Of a stretch of 64,000 nt of DNA, positions 37,814 through 48,208 are shown piece after piece. A model generated the notes under the pieces. The model worked only from the letters and a program-made list of their open reading frames with translations. It had not been told where the DNA came from and ran no database searches. The stretch comes from Rhodothermales bacterium (GTDB taxonomy: Bacteria; Bacteroidota; Rhodothermia; Rhodothermales; Bin80): positions 878,028 through 942,027 of the forward strand of contig CATQHT010000003.1 of NCBI GenBank assembly GCA_958296045.1, in the 5' to 3' direction. The first letter of the stretch is position 1, and the number at the start of each line of letters is the position of its first letter. The position numbers and the translations under genes were made by a program.

Positions 37814-40315
37814 ATGCTTCTGACCGCCCTTGTTTTGGGCGCGGTGCTGTCTGTTGACCCTGCATGCCCCGAGGATTGTGTCCTTACCGCGCAACCGACA
37901 TCTGGAAGCATCAGCGTCGACGGGTTCCTAGATGAGCCGGCGTGGGCCGCAGCAGCGGTAGCTACCGACTTTGTTCAGTACTCTCCAGACGAAGGCGCGC
38001 CAGCCACGCACACTACCCATGTGCGTGTGCTGTACGGGCAGTCCGCCTTGTATATCGGCATCGCCCTGCACGACAGCGAACCGGATCAGATTCGCCGGCC
38101 GCTGGGCCGGCGGGACGAATTCAATCAAGCGGATTGGTTTGTCGCCTCGATCGACTCATACCTCGACCGCAAGACCTCCTACAACTTTGCTATTAGCGCG
38201 GCCGGCGTTCAGGCTGACGGAATCTATGCGGGCCGCATGTTCGGAGGGGGCGGAGGAGGCTTCGGTTTTGATACCTCCTGGGACGCGGTCTGGCGCTCTC
38301 AGGTGCGCGTCACCGAGACGGGTTGGTATGCGGAACTCCGCATTCCCTATTCCATGCTGCGCTTTTCGGATGCACGTGTGCAGCGCTGGGGCATCAATTT
38401 CAAGCGCATCATCCCGCGCCTAAGCGAAGTCAGCGAGTGGGTGATGGTCCCGCGGGCCGAGCGCAGCAGCGGCACCGTCGCCCATTACGGCACCCTGGAA
38501 GGGATCGTCGACATCCGTGCCCGCCGCAATTTTCAGATCACCCCCTATACCGTGGTAAGCACTCGTACAGAGGAAGGTGACCTAGCAGGAAGCCGGCTGC
38601 GCAGCTCAACCGCAGAGGTCGGCGGCGACATGAAGGTCGGTCTGTCGACAAACATCACGCTGGACGCGACGGTCAATCCAGATTTCGGGCAGGTGGAAGC
38701 GGACCCGGCAGAGCTGAATCTGACAGCCTTCGAGACCTTCTTTCCCGAGCGGCGCCCCTTTTTCACCGAGGGTACGCAGATTTTCCGGTACAGCCTGGAC
38801 CGTGGCGGATCCCTGCTCTATACACGCCGCATCGGCGCCGACGCCCCTATCGTGGCCGCATCCAAGGTGTCCGGGCGGACTACAGGAGGCGCCAACTTCG
38901 GCTTCTTCGGAGCCGCCACCGGCAACGATTTCCGCCCTTCCAACTATTACGGCGTCGCACGGGGCCAGAAGCAGATCGGAGAGCTTTCCAACGTTGGCGG
39001 CATGGTGACCTACTTTGATAACGCTGCGGACCGACGAAGCTTGGCTGGAGGAATGGACTGGGACCTGCGTTTCAATGAGAACCGGTACAGCGTGGACGGC
39101 CAATTCAGTGCCACCCGACGCACCGTGGACGGTGACACCGAGTCCGGCTTTGCGCTGACGGCGGGATTTGACCGGCAGCGCTCCGTCTGGAACTACTCGG
39201 TCGGCCTTACCATCATCAGTGACCGGTACAACCCTAACGATCTGGGGCGCTTGCGCCAGAACAACCATACCAACCTGTTCGGGGGTGTTTCGCACCAAGT
39301 CAATGGCGGGCGGCCCGTAGGACCCTTTCAGCGGGGCAACTTCCGCCTTTATGCTGGCAGCGGCCTCTCTTACAGGGAAGGCATCTCCAACGGCACCGGC
39401 TTTTTCTTCAGCTCAGACTGGACCACACGCACATTTCAGGAGATTGAGATCGGCATCCGCAGTGACTATCTCTTCGGGGGCTACGATGTGACTGAGACGC
39501 GTGGGCTCGGACCTAGGGCACGGCCGCGAGAAATTTCCATTGATCTGGAGCTGACCACCGACACGCGGCACCGCTGGCTGCTACGTCCCCAGGCAGAGAC
39601 TGAGATCTATGGTGATGGCGGCTATGCATTGTCTGCCAGCCTCGAGGGTGAATGGACCGTGTCATCCCAGGTCAGCCTGTCGCTAAAGGTGGGCACCGGA
39701 CGCGAATTTGGCACCACCGAATGGGCTTCCAATGAGGCATTCGCCACGGTGGATGGCACTTGGATGATCGGAGAGGAATCCCGGAATTCCCCAGAAGATG
39801 TGGAACGCTGGGTACCGTTCGCAGTCAGCCCGGCCGTGGGCGCCCTGCTTCATGCCCGCGCTCCCTATGACGAGGAGGGACGTCACTACATCCCCGTTTT
39901 CGGGGAACGCAACACCCAGTCGGCGGACATCACACTGCGCGGCAACCTGACGTTAACCCCAACGTTGGGCATCCAGCTATACGGCCAGCTCTTTGCGGCG
40001 CGCGGCGCCAATCAGGCGTTTTCCCTGTTGCAGGACCGCGACACTTTGGTACCGGTGGAGAGTTTCCCCAAGCGATACGACTTCGCATTCAACAACTTTC
40101 AGACCAACACGGTGCTCCGATGGGAGTACCGACCAGGCTCGACCCTTTTCGCGGTATGGACACATTCGCGGCGCAGCAGCTCCGACGTGTCGCCGCTGGA
40201 TATTTCGACGCGCTCGCCCTATGACCAGGGCACCGTAGATCAGCTCCTGAACACGTTTGATGTGTTCCCCACCAACGTGCTGCTGATCAAGCTCAGCTAC
40301 AAGTTTCTGCGCTAA
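37814..40315 (+). CDS. CBM9-like + DUF5916 outer-membrane protein
   Basis: DGFLDEPAW, AELRIPY, NPDFGQVEAD, FFPERRPFF, WEYRPGS motifs. Confidence 0.87.
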   Translation: MLLTALVLGAVLSVDPACPEDCVLTAQPTSGSISVDGFLDEPAWAAAAVATDFVQYSPDEGAPATHTTHVRVLYGQSALYIGIALHDSEPDQIRRPLGRRDEFNQADWFVASIDSYLDRKTSYNFAISAAGVQADGIYAGRMFGGGGGGFGFDTSWDAVWRSQVRVTETGWYAELRIPYSMLRFSDARVQRWGINFKRIIPRLSEVSEWVMVPRAERSSGTVAHYGTLEGIVDIRARRNFQITPYTVVSTRTEEGDLAGSRLRSSTAEVGGDMKVGLSTNITLDATVNPDFGQVEADPAELNLTAFETFFPERRPFFTEGTQIFRYSLDRGGSLLYTRRIGADAPIVAASKVSGRTTGGANFGFFGAATGNDFRPSNYYGVARGQKQIGELSNVGGMVTYFDNAADRRSLAGGMDWDLRFNENRYSVDGQFSATRRTVDGDTESGFALTAGFDRQRSVWNYSVGLTIISDRYNPNDLGRLRQNNHTNLFGGVSHQVNGGRPVGPFQRGNFRLYAGSGLSYREGISNGTGFFFSSDWTTRTFQEIEIGIRSDYLFGGYDVTETRGLGPRARPREISIDLELTTDTRHRWLLRPQAETEIYGDGGYALSASLEGEWTVSSQVSLSLKVGTGREFGTTEWASNEAFATVDGTWMIGEESRNSPEDVERWVPFAVSPAVGALLHARAPYDEEGRHYIPVFGERNTQSADITLRGNLTLTPTLGIQLYGQLFAARGANQAFSLLQDRDTLVPVESFPKRYDFAFNNFQTNTVLRWEYRPGSTLFAVWTHSRRSSSDVSPLDISTRSPYDQGTVDQLLNTFDVFPTNVLLIKLSYKFLR

Positions 40316-40587
40316 CTTGCTGCTGCTATTTCCGGCACGCGGCGGACGGTCACCGCATAGTCTTCCATGACCGGGTTGGCCAGAAGCTTCTGGCAGGCCG
40401 CTTCGGCCGCGGCACGCGCTGCTTCTAGCGAAGGCTCGTGCAGCACCATCTCTACGACTTTGCCTACGCGCACCTCCTGCACGGTGCTAAACCCCAGGTT
40501 CGTGAGTGCTCGGTGCGCCGCCTTGCCTTGTGGATCCAGTATCGAGGGGCGGAGCGTAACCGTGATTCTGGCTTTGTAGCTGTGCAT
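40312..40587 (-). CDS. purS: Phosphoribosylformylglycinamidine synthase subunit PurS
   Basis: ILDPQG, VRVGK, LLANPVMEDY. Confidence 0.96.
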   Translation of the reverse strand: MHSYKARITVTLRPSILDPQGKAAHRALTNLGFSTVQEVRVGKVVEMVLHEPSLEAARAAAEAACQKLLANPVMEDYAVTVRRVPEIAAAS

Positions 40588-40879
40588 ATGTCGGGACGTT
40601 GATTCGAGCGTTGGCGCTCAGGTAGACGATTCTATGCTGTAGCAGTGTCAGGTGCTTTCCGTTAGCGTAGCCTGGGACCCCAGCAGGTACCAAGCTAATC
40701 CAGCAGATTGGGCCACAAGCCGGCGCGCTGCACCCCTGCGAAAGATATTGATCATAGCATCAAAATCACGATCGGCCGCTGTGCCGCAACACTCGCGAAT
40801 CGGCTCACCCTGCCCTTTAGTCAACTCAGGGCCTTAACAACGGCATTTGCATCGGTTAGCATGCCGATATTGATACGCA

Positions 40880-41310
40880 GCATCAGATTCTGTGCACGCC
40901 GAATAATTCGGTGCTGGCCTTGTTGGAGACGCTGGAGCAGCATCGTAACAAGTGCCGCCGTACTTTCGGCTCCCTCGTTCGTGAAGCATTACGATTCTAT
41001 GGTGCCCGAGCCCGTCAGCAGCGGGCGGGCTATATGAAGGCATTGCGGGCACTCGAGTCCGAGAACCGCATCGTTCTTCCGGCGCCGCAGCCTTCAGCGC
41101 AGACTAGGCGACCGCGGTTGTTGGATGAGGCCGCCGCAGTACTGGATCAAGGCCGCGGCGTCAGAGATCTGGCCGATCTCTCATGACCAACGCACACGAC
41201 CGCGCGATATGGCACACCCTGATGGATCAAGAGCATCCGCGGGGCACCACGACGTTTGCGCGCGCCCAACTGCGGTACTTGTTCCTGAGTGCACACGGAC
41301 TCTTAGGTGC
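40880..41310 (+). mobile_element. Relic of DUF4338-containing (IS4-like) transposase N-terminus
   Basis: Fragments FYGARARQQRAGYMKALRALE..RIVLPAP and RAIWHTLMDQEHPRG....AQLRYL..AHGLLGA; frameshifted and truncated. Confidence 0.65.
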
Positions 41311-41465
41311 AACCATTTGGAAGCAGCATGGTATACCCTTAGTGGCAATGGTACTGCGCCTTGATGCCGTCCGGGTCGGATGACCTGTGATGACAAGAAG
41401 TGATGCGCGGATTACCACGTTGCGACGGCTTACCACCTTTCGTATCAGAGCTGCCATACCCATCT

Positions 41466-41672
41466 ATGAACGCGGATAGCAAACCGGGGACATCTAACTC
41501 CAGTGAAAAACGTCACGCTGGGCGTGAGGCCGAGGCTGTCTTTACCAAGCCAGACCGTATCAACGAGAATTGGTTTGACTTGGTTCAGCAGGCGCGCAAA
41601 GCACGGGAGCAGGGAAACAAGATGCGTGCTCATCTTCGAGCAACTGGCAAGGGCGGCCGCATTGCCCCGTGA
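41466..41672 (+). CDS. Small hypothetical protein (68 aa), upstream partner of SDH protease copy 1
   Basis: MNADSKP...VFTKPDRINENWFDLVQQARKAREQGNKMRAH; homologous to the disrupted ORF at 58256-58499; TGA overlaps the protease GTG (GTGA). Confidence 0.65.
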   Translation: MNADSKPGTSNSSEKRHAGREAEAVFTKPDRINENWFDLVQQARKAREQGNKMRAHLRATGKGGRIAP

Positions 41673-42541
41673 GTCACATTCCCAAGAACTCGTAAGCAGA
41701 ATCTACTGGGAGAAGCCCGTTATTTGAAGCGACCAACTACGCTCGCTTTGTGCGGCAGAAGCAGATACGAGATTACCAGGACAAGTTCGACTGCCGTCTG
41801 ATAGTATTCATCGGCTCGATTCACTCCGCGGTAATTACGCCCTTCGAAGAGACCTTATACGAAGCTGATTCCACTCATGATCTGCACCTCATGCTTTGCA
41901 CGCTCGGTGGGGACCTGGAGACAGCTTTGAGACTTATACGACAGGCGCAGTCCCAATGCAAGAAACTCACGGTGATCGTACCTGACCAGGCCAAGAGTGC
42001 GGGAACACTGGTTACGCTGGGGGCACACCACATTCTGATGGGACCTACCAGCGATCTCGGGCCTATAGATCCACAGCTAAGAGTGGGGAATCCCTGGGTT
42101 GCCGCGCGTACTATAATGGACGCTGTTGAGGATGTGGAGGAGCGCATCTAGGAAAGCCCTGCGACTTTTCCCGTGTACGCTTCGATGCTCGGGCATGTTA
42201 CGGTGCTCCTTTTAAGCCAAGCACGCAGCGCCGTGGCCCAAGCCGACGATCTGTTGCGCAAGGCTGTTGCATGCGTGCCGGATCGAGGCTCCGATGCCAT
42301 AGATCAACTCGTAGCGAGGCTTAAAGGACCATTGATTAAGGACCACCAGAGCCACAACGCAACCATTTCAGCGATTGACGCCAAGGAATGCGGATTACCA
42401 GTGACATTGATGCCACCATCCGACGACCAGTGGAAGAAACTCTGGCTACTTTGGACGCGATACGTGTCATTGAGCCCAAACAGCATTTATAGCGCGCAGA
42501 TCTATGAGGGAGAGAAGGCTTCCTTTACTCACTTTCCATGA
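41669..42541 (+). pseudogene. SDH-family ClpP-fold serine protease, two in-frame stops
   Basis: One frame from GTG 41669, interrupted by TAA (41693-41695) and TAG (42149-42151); motifs TLGGD, DQAKSAGT, SDLGPIDPQ, SH. Confidence 0.85.
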
Positions 42542-42559
42542 CCGCATGCACGATTCCCA

Positions 42560-43285
42560 CCCGACGCGGTCGTGTAAGTCAGCCAAACGCGCTGACAGTC
42601 CAACCTCGTATGCCACCCATGATATGCGGTCCACGCCTGTCGCTGCCTTCTTCTTTAGCTGACAGGAGGCATGCCGCAGCGATTTCACCGTGACATGGTG
42701 CAGAAGCGTTGTGAGCTTCTCCTTGGGTTTCCGCTTAACAAATTGTCGCAACCGGTCCACTCCACGTTGCACCGCTACCCAATCCCGCGCTCAGACAGTG
42801 TTAGGGTTTTCCAGTTGCCCCTCAGGTGCAGGACTTGGTCTGGCAACCCCGCCGGGCGGCTACGCCCCTTGTTCGCTGCTTTCATAGCTACCATTGCTGC
42901 ATCAGATTACTCCATGTCGGTCATCTCCAGATACGGGGATAAACCCTTTCCTTTGCGACCCTGAGCGACTCCAGGGTGACACGGAGACCTCCCAGGTCCC
43001 GGCGTAGTACGTACGTGCGCGCCTGGGTTCTTGGACACCGCGGGATCCTCCTCCGCCTCACCATTAGCGGCGAAGAAGGTGTTGCCGTCAACCATGGGAA
43101 AAGCCTCGGCATCCCGGACTAGAGCTCTTTCGGTGCTCAATTGCCCTGCCCACACGCGCCTCTAACGACGCTTCGCCTGTGCCCTCGCGAGTACAGACGC
43201 CCGGCGAGAGGAGCTGTGTAGTTGGTTACTCTTTCACAACGGGGGACTTGCACTTCCTGTACTAACGCCAGTTAGCCTGGCGCAC
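42560..43285 (-). mobile_element. Truncated group II intron (5' ribozyme region + RT N-terminus, class E-like)
   Basis: Begins GTGCGCCAGGCTAACTGGCG at 43285 (canonical GUGYG); ~500 nt of noncoding sequence, then KLTTLLHHVT...LKKKAATGVD..SW..Y...L..RLADLHDRV; RT core and domains V/VI absent. Confidence 0.85.
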
Positions 43286-44135
43286 TCTCATCTTGCTGCC
43301 TTTCCTGAGCGGGCACCCAGTCCGTCGTAGATCGCCGCCTCCGAACCGCGTGGATGGCCCGCATAAGCGCGCGAATGATGCCCGTCAATAGATACGCGAC
43401 TAGACCGATCAGCAGGCCTAACTCTCGCAATACCAGAATCAAGACGATAGCGACGCAATAGCTGGCAGCCGCAAGTGGCCGCGCCGCCAAGTACGCTGCC
43501 GTTGGCTTGGGCGCACCCTCAAAAGGAAGTGTGGTCACCATGAGCGCCGAGAGGACAAGCACCAACGGAATCAGTACGCCGGCATCAAGCATCCCAGGAG
43601 CCAGAAGCCAGCTTTCGCCCATGGTACAAAGGACAAATGTGATAAGAAAAAAGGCCTGAACCGGCGCGGGTAATCCGCTGTAGTATTCTTGGCTTACGTC
43701 TTCAATTGCTAGGTTGTAGCGGGCAAGCCGCACCGCGGCGCATAGTACCGGCAAGGCGGACACTACCACACCCAGCACGCCGTACTCGCTCAGAGCAAAT
43801 GCATAGACTAGCAATGAAGGCGCCGCACCGAACGATACCACGTCACTAAGGGAATCAAGCTCCACACCGAACAGGCTCTGCCCTTGGGCGAGGCGGGCCA
43901 TCATGCCGTCCAAGAGATCGAAAAAGCCAGCGAGCACAATCAGGTAACAGGCATAGGCCAGTTGCCCTTCGTACACCTGAACGATGGCGACGAACCCGCA
44001 GAAAAGGTTCATCAGGGTGAATAATGACGGTACAGCCGCCCGTGGCAGCGGTCTGCCAGACCATCGAAAGCGGTTGGCCGCGGTCATCCTCTGTCGCAAT
44101 CGGGGCCTGCGCGAACGTGTCTCAGTTCGTCGCAT
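43272..44135 (-). CDS. pssA: CDP-diacylglycerol--serine O-phosphatidyltransferase
   Basis: PSLFTLMNLFCG, DLLDGMMAR, FGVELDSLSDVVSFG, RLARYN, GLPAP; follows psd. Confidence 0.94.
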   Translation of the reverse strand: MRRTETRSRRPRLRQRMTAANRFRWSGRPLPRAAVPSLFTLMNLFCGFVAIVQVYEGQLAYACYLIVLAGFFDLLDGMMARLAQGQSLFGVELDSLSDVVSFGAAPSLLVYAFALSEYGVLGVVVSALPVLCAAVRLARYNLAIEDVSQEYYSGLPAPVQAFFLITFVLCTMGESWLLAPGMLDAGVLIPLVLVLSALMVTTLPFEGAPKPTAAYLAARPLAAASYCVAIVLILVLRELGLLIGLVAYLLTGIIRALMRAIHAVRRRRSTTDWVPAQERQQDESAPG

Positions 44136-44800
44136 TAAGCTTCAGGCATGCGTCCCATCACCGATTCTCCTGCGCGCACGCGGTCACCCACCTTCACGGT
44201 TACCGAAAGCTCCAGAGGCACCAGCACATCCAGACGTGACCCGAATCGGATGATGCCGAACCGATCGCCAGCGTTTACGCTGTCACCGGCGCTGACATGG
44301 TACACTATGCGTCGGGCCAGAGTGCCCGCAATCTGCTTGAAAAGAATCTTCTGGCCCAACGGGTGGCGCACGCCAAACAGCGACTGCTCGTTGTGGCTGG
44401 AGGCTTTGGCTTGCCATGCCTGGCGGCGAGTACCTCGCTGGTAGTGCGCATATTCGATGACGCCAGCCGCGGGGATGCGGTTGACATGCACATTAAGAGG
44501 AGACAGGAAGATAGATACCCTACGTGCGGGACCCTTCAGAAAGTGAGGTTCCTCCTCCATCGTTACCGCCACCACACGGCCATCCGCTGGCGCTAAGAGC
44601 ACCGTATGGGCATCTGGAGGCACTTCGCGGTGCGGATCGCGAAAAAAGTACAGTGGAAAGATCCCCAAAAACAGAATGATCGCCGCGACAGCGGCTGTAC
44701 GCCCGCTAGGGGGAAGCGGCAGCACCGCTGCGGCCGTCACCGCCAGCGCCGCCAGGATCCAAGTCAGGCCGATCACCGGATAGCCCTCGCGCGCTATCAT
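44135..44800 (-). CDS. psd: Phosphatidylserine decarboxylase proenzyme
   Basis: FFRDP.R, APADG, IFLSPLNVHVNR, RFGS cleavage motif. Confidence 0.95.
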   Translation of the reverse strand: MIAREGYPVIGLTWILAALAVTAAAVLPLPPSGRTAAVAAIILFLGIFPLYFFRDPHREVPPDAHTVLLAPADGRVVAVTMEEEPHFLKGPARRVSIFLSPLNVHVNRIPAAGVIEYAHYQRGTRRQAWQAKASSHNEQSLFGVRHPLGQKILFKQIAGTLARRIVYHVSAGDSVNAGDRFGIIRFGSRLDVLVPLELSVTVKVGDRVRAGESVMGRMPEA

Positions 44801-44876
44801 CCGTCCTTAAAGATCAATGCCGGGAGCCTCGATCCGCCTCGTTAGTTTCCAGCTGCACAAGGTAAGAAAATTGCCC

Positions 44877-46181
44877 ATGCCCCGTGTCACGTTTCACACG
44901 CTGGGCTGCAAGCTCAACTTTGCAGAAACCAGTGGCATCCGCCGCCGATTCGCTAACCGCGGCTATGTCGTGGTCCCATTCGGCCATGTGGCAGATGTAG
45001 TCGTCATCAACACCTGCTCAGTGACGAGCGAGGCGGACCGCAAGTGTCGCCAGGTGATCCGGCGCGGGAGAAAGACCAGCCCAGAGGCTTGTCTCATCGT
45101 TACCGGCTGCTATGCGCAGCTGAGGCCTGAAGCAGTCGCCGCCATTGAGGGCGTTGATGTAGTCCTTGGCACTCGCGAGAAAGCCCGCCTCTTTGAGTTT
45201 GTCGACTCATTTGAGCGTCGTGACGAGGCCCAGGTCAACGTATCGTGCACCGACGACCTTCAGGACTTTGATCCGGCACTTCTCTCTTTTGAGCGTACGC
45301 GTGCCTTCTTGAAGGTCCAGGACGGGTGCGACTATTCCTGTGCGTTCTGCACGATCCCGCGTGCGCGCGGCGGAAGTCGCAGCGCGTCGCCGAACCAAGT
45401 CGTTGAGCAGGCTCGTGCCATTGCCGTACGAGGCATCCAGGAGATCGTACTGACAGGCGTGAACATAGGCCTCTACGGCCAGGGCCGCCATGACGGTGCC
45501 GGTGGCAATGGCACGCTGCTGAGGCTTCTCGAAGACCTTAGCCGGGTCGAGGGCATCGCACGCTTTCGGATTTCGTCCATCGAGCCGAACCTGTTGAGCG
45601 ACGATATCATCGACTTTGTGGGTCGCACACCGTCTTTCGTTCCGCATTTCCACCTTCCGCTCCAGAGCGGCGACGACACCATGCTGGGCATTATGCGCCG
45701 CCGCTACCGCCGGAGCGTGTATGTAAGCCGCGTAGAGCGGATCCGGCAGGCGATGCCCGACGCTGGGATTGGCGCGGACGTGATCGTCGGGCATCCAGGA
45801 GAATGCTCAGAGCGGTTTCAAACCACGGTCCGCTTCCTGCGAGACTTGCCGGTCACCTACCTGCACACTTTTACTTATTCGGAGCGCCCCGACACCGTGT
45901 CAGCCACGACCACACGCCACCGCTCAGTCCCGGTGCCTGAGCGTCGCGCGCGCAACCGCACCCTAAGGACGCTATCCGACCGGAAGCTGGCCGCCTTTGT
46001 GGATTCCCAGGTTGGGACGATACGCCCGGTGCTCTGGGAACGCGGCAGAAAGCGCGACCTGATGCGCGGATATACGGACAACTACATTCAGGTGCAGCGC
46101 CCCTTTGACGCGCAACGGGCTGGTCAAGTAGAGCATGTGCGGCTAAGACGCCGCGAAGGACTCACGGTCGTGGCTGGATAG
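44877..46181 (+). CDS. mtaB: tRNA t6A37 methylthiotransferase MtaB
   Basis: TLGCKLNFAE, INTCSVT, TGCYAQ, KVQDGCDYSCAFC, SSIEP. Confidence 0.93.
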   Translation: MPRVTFHTLGCKLNFAETSGIRRRFANRGYVVVPFGHVADVVVINTCSVTSEADRKCRQVIRRGRKTSPEACLIVTGCYAQLRPEAVAAIEGVDVVLGTREKARLFEFVDSFERRDEAQVNVSCTDDLQDFDPALLSFERTRAFLKVQDGCDYSCAFCTIPRARGGSRSASPNQVVEQARAIAVRGIQEIVLTGVNIGLYGQGRHDGAGGNGTLLRLLEDLSRVEGIARFRISSIEPNLLSDDIIDFVGRTPSFVPHFHLPLQSGDDTMLGIMRRRYRRSVYVSRVERIRQAMPDAGIGADVIVGHPGECSERFQTTVRFLRDLPVTYLHTFTYSERPDTVSATTTRHRSVPVPERRARNRTLRTLSDRKLAAFVDSQVGTIRPVLWERGRKRDLMRGYTDNYIQVQRPFDAQRAGQVEHVRLRRREGLTVVAG

Positions 46182-46183
46182 CG

Positions 46184-47572
46184 TCACGCTGCGCACGCTG
46201 CTTCCACATCCAGTACCGCCTTTGGTATCGGCGGTCCCAAAATGCACGACCCGGAAGGAGTAACCAGCACGTCGTCTTCGATCCGTACTCCCCCGAACGT
46301 GCGCCATCGCTCAACTTCCGCATAGTTGATGAAAGCCGCATGCCGCCGTTTTGCACGCCATTGATCGATGAGCGCCCCTATGAAATAGCATCCCGGTTCG
46401 ACCGTAATCACATGTCCTGCGCGGAGCGCACGTGCCAGGCGCAGGTACGCCAGCCCGAACTGGTCCGAACGCTTCACTGAGTCGCCATACCCCACTAGGT
46501 CCTCGCCCAAGCCTTCCATATCGTGCACATCCAATCCCATCATGTGACCTAACCCATGTGGAAAAAAGAGCGCATGAGCTCCCTGGGCCACCGCTTCATC
46601 GGTATCTCCGTGCATCAGACCCAGATCTTTGAGGTCAGCTGCAACAGAGCGCGCCGCCAACAGGTGCGCGTCAAGAAAACGGTACCCGGGTCGTAGTGCA
46701 CCTATGGCGGCCTCCTGAGCGCGCAGCACCAAAGAATAGATCGCTCGCTGGCGCGCCGAAAAGGTCCCGCTAACAGGAATGGTCCGAGTGATATCACTGG
46801 CATACTGCATCGGTGACGACGCACCGCTGTCGTGCACTACCAGATCGCCGTTCCGCAGGCGGTTGCCGTAATAGTGATTGTGGAGAATTTCGCCCCGCCT
46901 GGTGAGGATGCACGGGAATGCCAGCCGCCCGCCGCCGGCGATCGCAATGCCTTCTATGTGGCCCGCGATGTCGCGCTCCAAGGCACCCGTTGTTACCAGC
47001 CGCATCGCCGCCGTATGCATCGCATGTGATACCTGGAGCGCGGACTCAATCTGGCGAACCTCTCGCGACTCTTTGACAGATCGCTGCCGTACTATGGCAC
47101 GTATCAGCTTCGTTGACGCATGGTGCGGAGCCGAACCGGTACCCAGGCCTAGCAGCGACTCTACCCGCACCTGCGTGTTAACCCGGTACGGCGGCTCATA
47201 GTGTACCCGACGACCGGCTGCCTTCATGGTACGCAACGTCTCTTCCAGATCGCCAGACGGGCGAACCTCATGGGCCCCGACCCGATCTGCGAGCGCTGCC
47301 GCCTCTGGCTGGGGTCCGCTCCATATGACGTCGTCAACGCTCGGGCTGTCGGCAAAGAGGATGTGGCGTCCTTCGTCCGCATCAACCAGCGCTGCTAGGT
47401 CAGCGATAGGGTGTCCCCAGTAGTAAAGGAAGGAGCTGTCCTGCCTGAAAGGGTACCAGTTGTGTGGGTAATTCATGGGAGCATGGCGTGCACCCATAAA
47501 CAGGACCACGCCATTGCTGATAGTCCGAGACAGCTGGTCCCGGCGGTTGGCATACACGGAAGCGGAAAACAC
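46184..47572 (-). CDS. pepP: Xaa-Pro aminopeptidase (M24B)
   Basis: FRQDSSF, YASDITRT, HGLGH..GLDVHD, TVEPG, GVRIEDD. Confidence 0.92.
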   Translation of the reverse strand: MFSASVYANRRDQLSRTISNGVVLFMGARHAPMNYPHNWYPFRQDSSFLYYWGHPIADLAALVDADEGRHILFADSPSVDDVIWSGPQPEAAALADRVGAHEVRPSGDLEETLRTMKAAGRRVHYEPPYRVNTQVRVESLLGLGTGSAPHHASTKLIRAIVRQRSVKESREVRQIESALQVSHAMHTAAMRLVTTGALERDIAGHIEGIAIAGGGRLAFPCILTRRGEILHNHYYGNRLRNGDLVVHDSGASSPMQYASDITRTIPVSGTFSARQRAIYSLVLRAQEAAIGALRPGYRFLDAHLLAARSVAADLKDLGLMHGDTDEAVAQGAHALFFPHGLGHMMGLDVHDMEGLGEDLVGYGDSVKRSDQFGLAYLRLARALRAGHVITVEPGCYFIGALIDQWRAKRRHAAFINYAEVERWRTFGGVRIEDDVLVTPSGSCILGPPIPKAVLDVEAACAA

Positions 47573-47720
47573 AGGCAATAGAGTCTGGCAATATGCTGCG
47601 GCAATATACGACGGCACCTGCCGCATGCAGGCTGCACGCGACTGGCAATTCGACCATGCAAGGAACCTGACGTGCTGAACCGGGTAAACACAGTATCAGG
47701 CGTTATAGCGAGGTTGCTGT

Positions 47721-48194
47721 ATGAAATGCGTCCTCAAAGTCTTCTTGTTCGCGCTGTACGTTGCATTCATAGCGAGCGCGTGCGACGGTCCATCAACGCC
47801 CAAGCCCATCGATCCAGAAGTGGTCCCCAAGCCGCGATATGTGGCGGACGAGGATTACATCGAACTGGTTGATGGAATCAAGTACTACGACTTCAAGGTT
47901 GGCACCGGATCGGGTGCCAAAGCTGGTGACCATGTCGCGGTGCACTACCACGGCTGGCTTGCCGACAGCACCCTGATTGACAGTTCCTATCCGCGCGAGG
48001 AGCCGTTCGAGTTTCTTGTGGGCACAGGGACGGTCATCAGCGGATGGGACATTGGCATCCTTGGCATGAAGGAAGGCGGCGAACGGCAGCTGGTGATTCC
48101 GCCGAAGCATGCCTACGGCTCTACAGGTCGGCAGAACATCCCGCCTAATTCGACGCTGATCTTTGAGCTCGTGATGGTCCAGATCAACTTGTAG
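47721..48194 (+). CDS. FKBP-type peptidyl-prolyl isomerase lipoprotein
   Basis: Lipobox ASAC; VHYHG, DSS, VISGWD, IPP..AYG, IPPNSTLIFE. Confidence 0.93.
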   Translation: MKCVLKVFLFALYVAFIASACDGPSTPKPIDPEVVPKPRYVADEDYIELVDGIKYYDFKVGTGSGAKAGDHVAVHYHGWLADSTLIDSSYPREEPFEFLVGTGTVISGWDIGILGMKEGGERQLVIPPKHAYGSTGRQNIPPNSTLIFELVMVQINL

Positions 48195-48208
48195 GCATCA
48201 GGCCAACT

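Noticed and set aside
40880-41310. DUF4338 fragment as Druantia DruA
   Set aside because: Short degenerate fragment of the transposase-associated type; no other dru genes.
42149-42151. In-frame TAG in SDH protease as pyrrolysine or readthrough
   Set aside because: A second in-frame stop (TAA 41693) exists, and TAG ends ordinary genes in this window; a pseudogene is simpler.
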